In this document: positions 60,647-63,212 of the stretch, in pieces
Layout of the letters: every line of letters starts with the position of its first letter
How positions within the stretch are numbered: position 1 is the stretch's first letter
Origin: Dicyema japonicum
Taxonomy: Eukaryota > Animalia > Dicyemida
Direction of reading: 5' to 3'
NCBI GenBank assembly: GCA_011109175.1
Contig: RDEW01000098.1
Location: 18,715 to 81,926, forward strand
Length of the DNA: 63,212 bases
Translations under genes and position numbers: made by a program
The notes under the pieces: model-generated
What the model saw: only the letters and a program-made list of their open reading frames with translations
Database searches by the model: none
Told to the model about the DNA's origin: nothing

Positions 60647-61499
60647 AAATATGTAAAATGAACACGTCGATGTGTATAATTTGGGTCACTTGTTATATTA
60701 ATGAATTTATTTTTAATAATTTCAAACAAATGATATTTATTTTAATTTTATAATTATATTTATTTTCATGAATTCATTAATCAAGAAACTTTTATTCATT
60801 CTGCAATGTTTACCGTCTTTAAGAATTTCATGATATTTTATCGTAATCCACGATAAGTCATTCTGTTTTAACGGAATCTTTAATGATCGAAAGAAAATTT
60901 AATCAGCGATATTCGTAAAATATCAAAATAACTATTTTATTACACAATCGAATAAATATTTGTAGTCAATTGAGTTAATGTGTCTTTTACTTGAAAACCT
61001 ATTTCCTTTAAATCGTCAGGAAAAATGGGATCTCGATTTTGAGACGACTGTCTACTACTTTTTAACTGTTTGTTTTTTGTATTAAAACGATTTTATTAAA
61101 AAAAATATTAATACTAGGAGAATATTCATCATCTAAAATTGAATGTTGTCATAAACTTATTTTATTAAAATTATACAATTTTATTAATTTAACAGCCTTT
61201 TCGGAAGGAGTATGCATTGTTTCCATAACTTAAACCTCACCTTAGGCAGAAGTCACACTTTATTTCAGAGTAAGACCAGTAATGTTAATTAATTAAAAGC
61301 ATATCTAAGACATTGAAAAATTAATTGATTTTTTTCGTGTTTGTGAGAACCAGAAAAGAATTCAGTTCTGCAGTGATGATATGTTTGCTAATAACGGCGT
61401 TACTAGTCAACTTCAATTTTATTTTTGTTATAATTAGGGTGATTTTTTTGACTTTATAAATTCGAAATTTTGACCTAAAAATTGCTATCTTCGTATCCA

Positions 61500-62200
61500 T
61501 ATTTTATCGATAATTTTTTCATGATGAAAATGCACCGTTCTCGATCCTTTTTGGGGCTTAAACTCGAGAGATATCTTGTTTTGTTGTTTGGGACGAACAG
61601 AGAAGGCCTTTATTTAAAGGACATGTCTGTGTTTTCTAGGTTTTCTGTATCCTATTACGTTCCGACTTAAAAAGCATTCGTCATGTTTTCTAGCGATAGT
61701 CGAAGATCCTTCTGTTTTGCAGCTAGTGCAGGAACATCAGGGTGGCCCTGCTCGGTACCTCGTGCGTTGTGCGTCCGCCTCTCAATGTGTTCGTCTGCAG
61801 CCATGTGAATTCTTTCCATTGTATGCGTCCAAGTGACTCCCGGTGGAAGCACTGTCTCTATTGCTTGTAGATAATGTTCCACAGATGTTCGATAGATATT
61901 TTGAGTGAAGTGTGAAAAACAAATTCTCTCGACTAGGAAACCTCTCCGTATGACCTGAGATGGCTTTGTTCCAAAGTGCGTGCATAGCGACTTGTAATAT
62001 CAAACAGGTTCACGACGAACTTGTGGTCGCTTTCCACCCTCTGTATGACCTCGAGTCTTGTAATGGTGTTCTATTTTTTTGTCGGCAAAGAATGTAATNT
62101 TCTGTTAACGTGGGAGGCTCCATGCACTTAGTCTGAAATATTTTTGATCTATTACTTCCCATTTTAGCTGCAAGGTATGTATTTTTTAGTAAAAGATTTA
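61500..62200 (-). mobile_element. Degraded RTE-like APE endonuclease/linker fragment
   Basis: YILCRQKNR..LQDSRSY.G resembles the C-terminal APE motif. Confidence 0.5.
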
Positions 62201-63212
62201 TTAGCCGTGTTCTGTCTGGGATGACAATTTTTTCGACGACAAAATCATCACTATTCTCAATTTTTTTTACAACCACTAAAAAAGTTTCCATGCTGTTAAA
62301 CTATTTAAGTTGAATTGATTTTTGTAAAAAAATCTAATTTTTAATTAATACATATTATTATTTGCATATAATCCCGATTTTTATATACATATTATTAAAA
62401 AAAAGCTATTAGGTCCTCCCTTTACTTGAGTAGCCCCTCCAATTTTAGAAACCTCACTTATAGTGTTTAACGTGATTTTGTATTTTATTCTGTGATACAC
62501 TGAGGTCAAATTTTTCTGTGGTCGTTACAACCCTTACAGAAGTACTTAATGGCGAGCTGAGACCAGTGAACAGAACAATAAGGAACGGTGAAGACCTCAT
62601 TAGTTTGCAGAGCCTGGCAAGAACAGGAGAGGTTGGAAGAGATTAGCAAGAAGGATTCTGAAAACGTCTCGTTCAACAGGTTTTATTGTATTTTGGAGCA
62701 TTAGATTGCGGATTCTGGTTAAAGTGGTGACGTTCATATCTTAGACATGTCATCTTCACATTCATTAACAAACTCTACGCTGTCACTTGGAAGCTTTAGT
62801 ACCAAGGGATTTTAATGTATCTTAAAAATACTATTTTACACAAAATCTGTCCAGTCATAGAATATCTATTCTCTACAAAAAACGAAAACTAATAAAAGAT
62901 CAATACGAATTATAAGGATTACAACTTAATTACTCTCCCAACAATATGTAGACACTAGATTTGGATTTACCAACCCTCACAATGTTTACAGTCATGAAAC
63001 TGAATCTGGTCAATTTCTGAACGAGTAGCTGTTGTGCAAATCAGATGAGAGACTAAACAGAATTCTGTGATCTCTAAAATAAATGTAGATGTTAATATAA
63101 GTGAGAGTATCATCTAACCCAGAAGAACTAGGGAGTATCTACTCAAATGTAACTGAAGCGTATATTACATTCTTCATCTTTCCTTATATTCAATGCTGGT
63201 GATTCAATTGCA

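Noticed and set aside
60657-60668. TFEB CLEAR element in the LAMP-like promoters
   Set aside because: The sequence is GACGTGTT, not the palindromic GTCACGTGAC. Kept only as an unnamed conserved motif.

Overview
AT-rich eukaryotic genomic DNA dominated by decayed, nested transposable elements, with a few host genes in between. Most ORF-track entries are TE fragments or antisense noise. TEs: at least four divergent families of RLE-type (CRE-like) non-LTR retrotransposons, many RTE-like and other LINE fragments, two pogo/Tigger elements, a Tc1-like deletion derivative, a Buster-type hAT, and integrase (Ginger/KRBA2-like) relics. Host genes can be rebuilt only by allowing 20-26 nt GT-AG micro-introns: three LAMP-like type-I membrane glycoprotein paralogs (the one at 59475-60646 splices by hand into an intact 351-aa ORF) and a TGN38-like membrane protein. 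A four-member orphan family shares an N-terminal V-x-x-L-[IV]-x-x-[FY]-[ND] motif. Main highlights: (i) a compact, probably single-ORF PHD-RT-CCHC-RLE retrotransposon of about 970 codons; (ii) two 5'-inversion (twin-priming-like) insertions made by RLE-type elements, one with a 44-bp TSD, poly(A) and junction microhomologies; (iii) the micro-intron gene architecture. The host cannot be identified from sequence alone; a reduced-genome parasite with ultra-short introns (e.g. dicyemid or myxozoan) is an inference. The assembly looks indel-prone, so many frameshifts may be sequencing errors. All translations and alignments were done by eye and no database searches were run.
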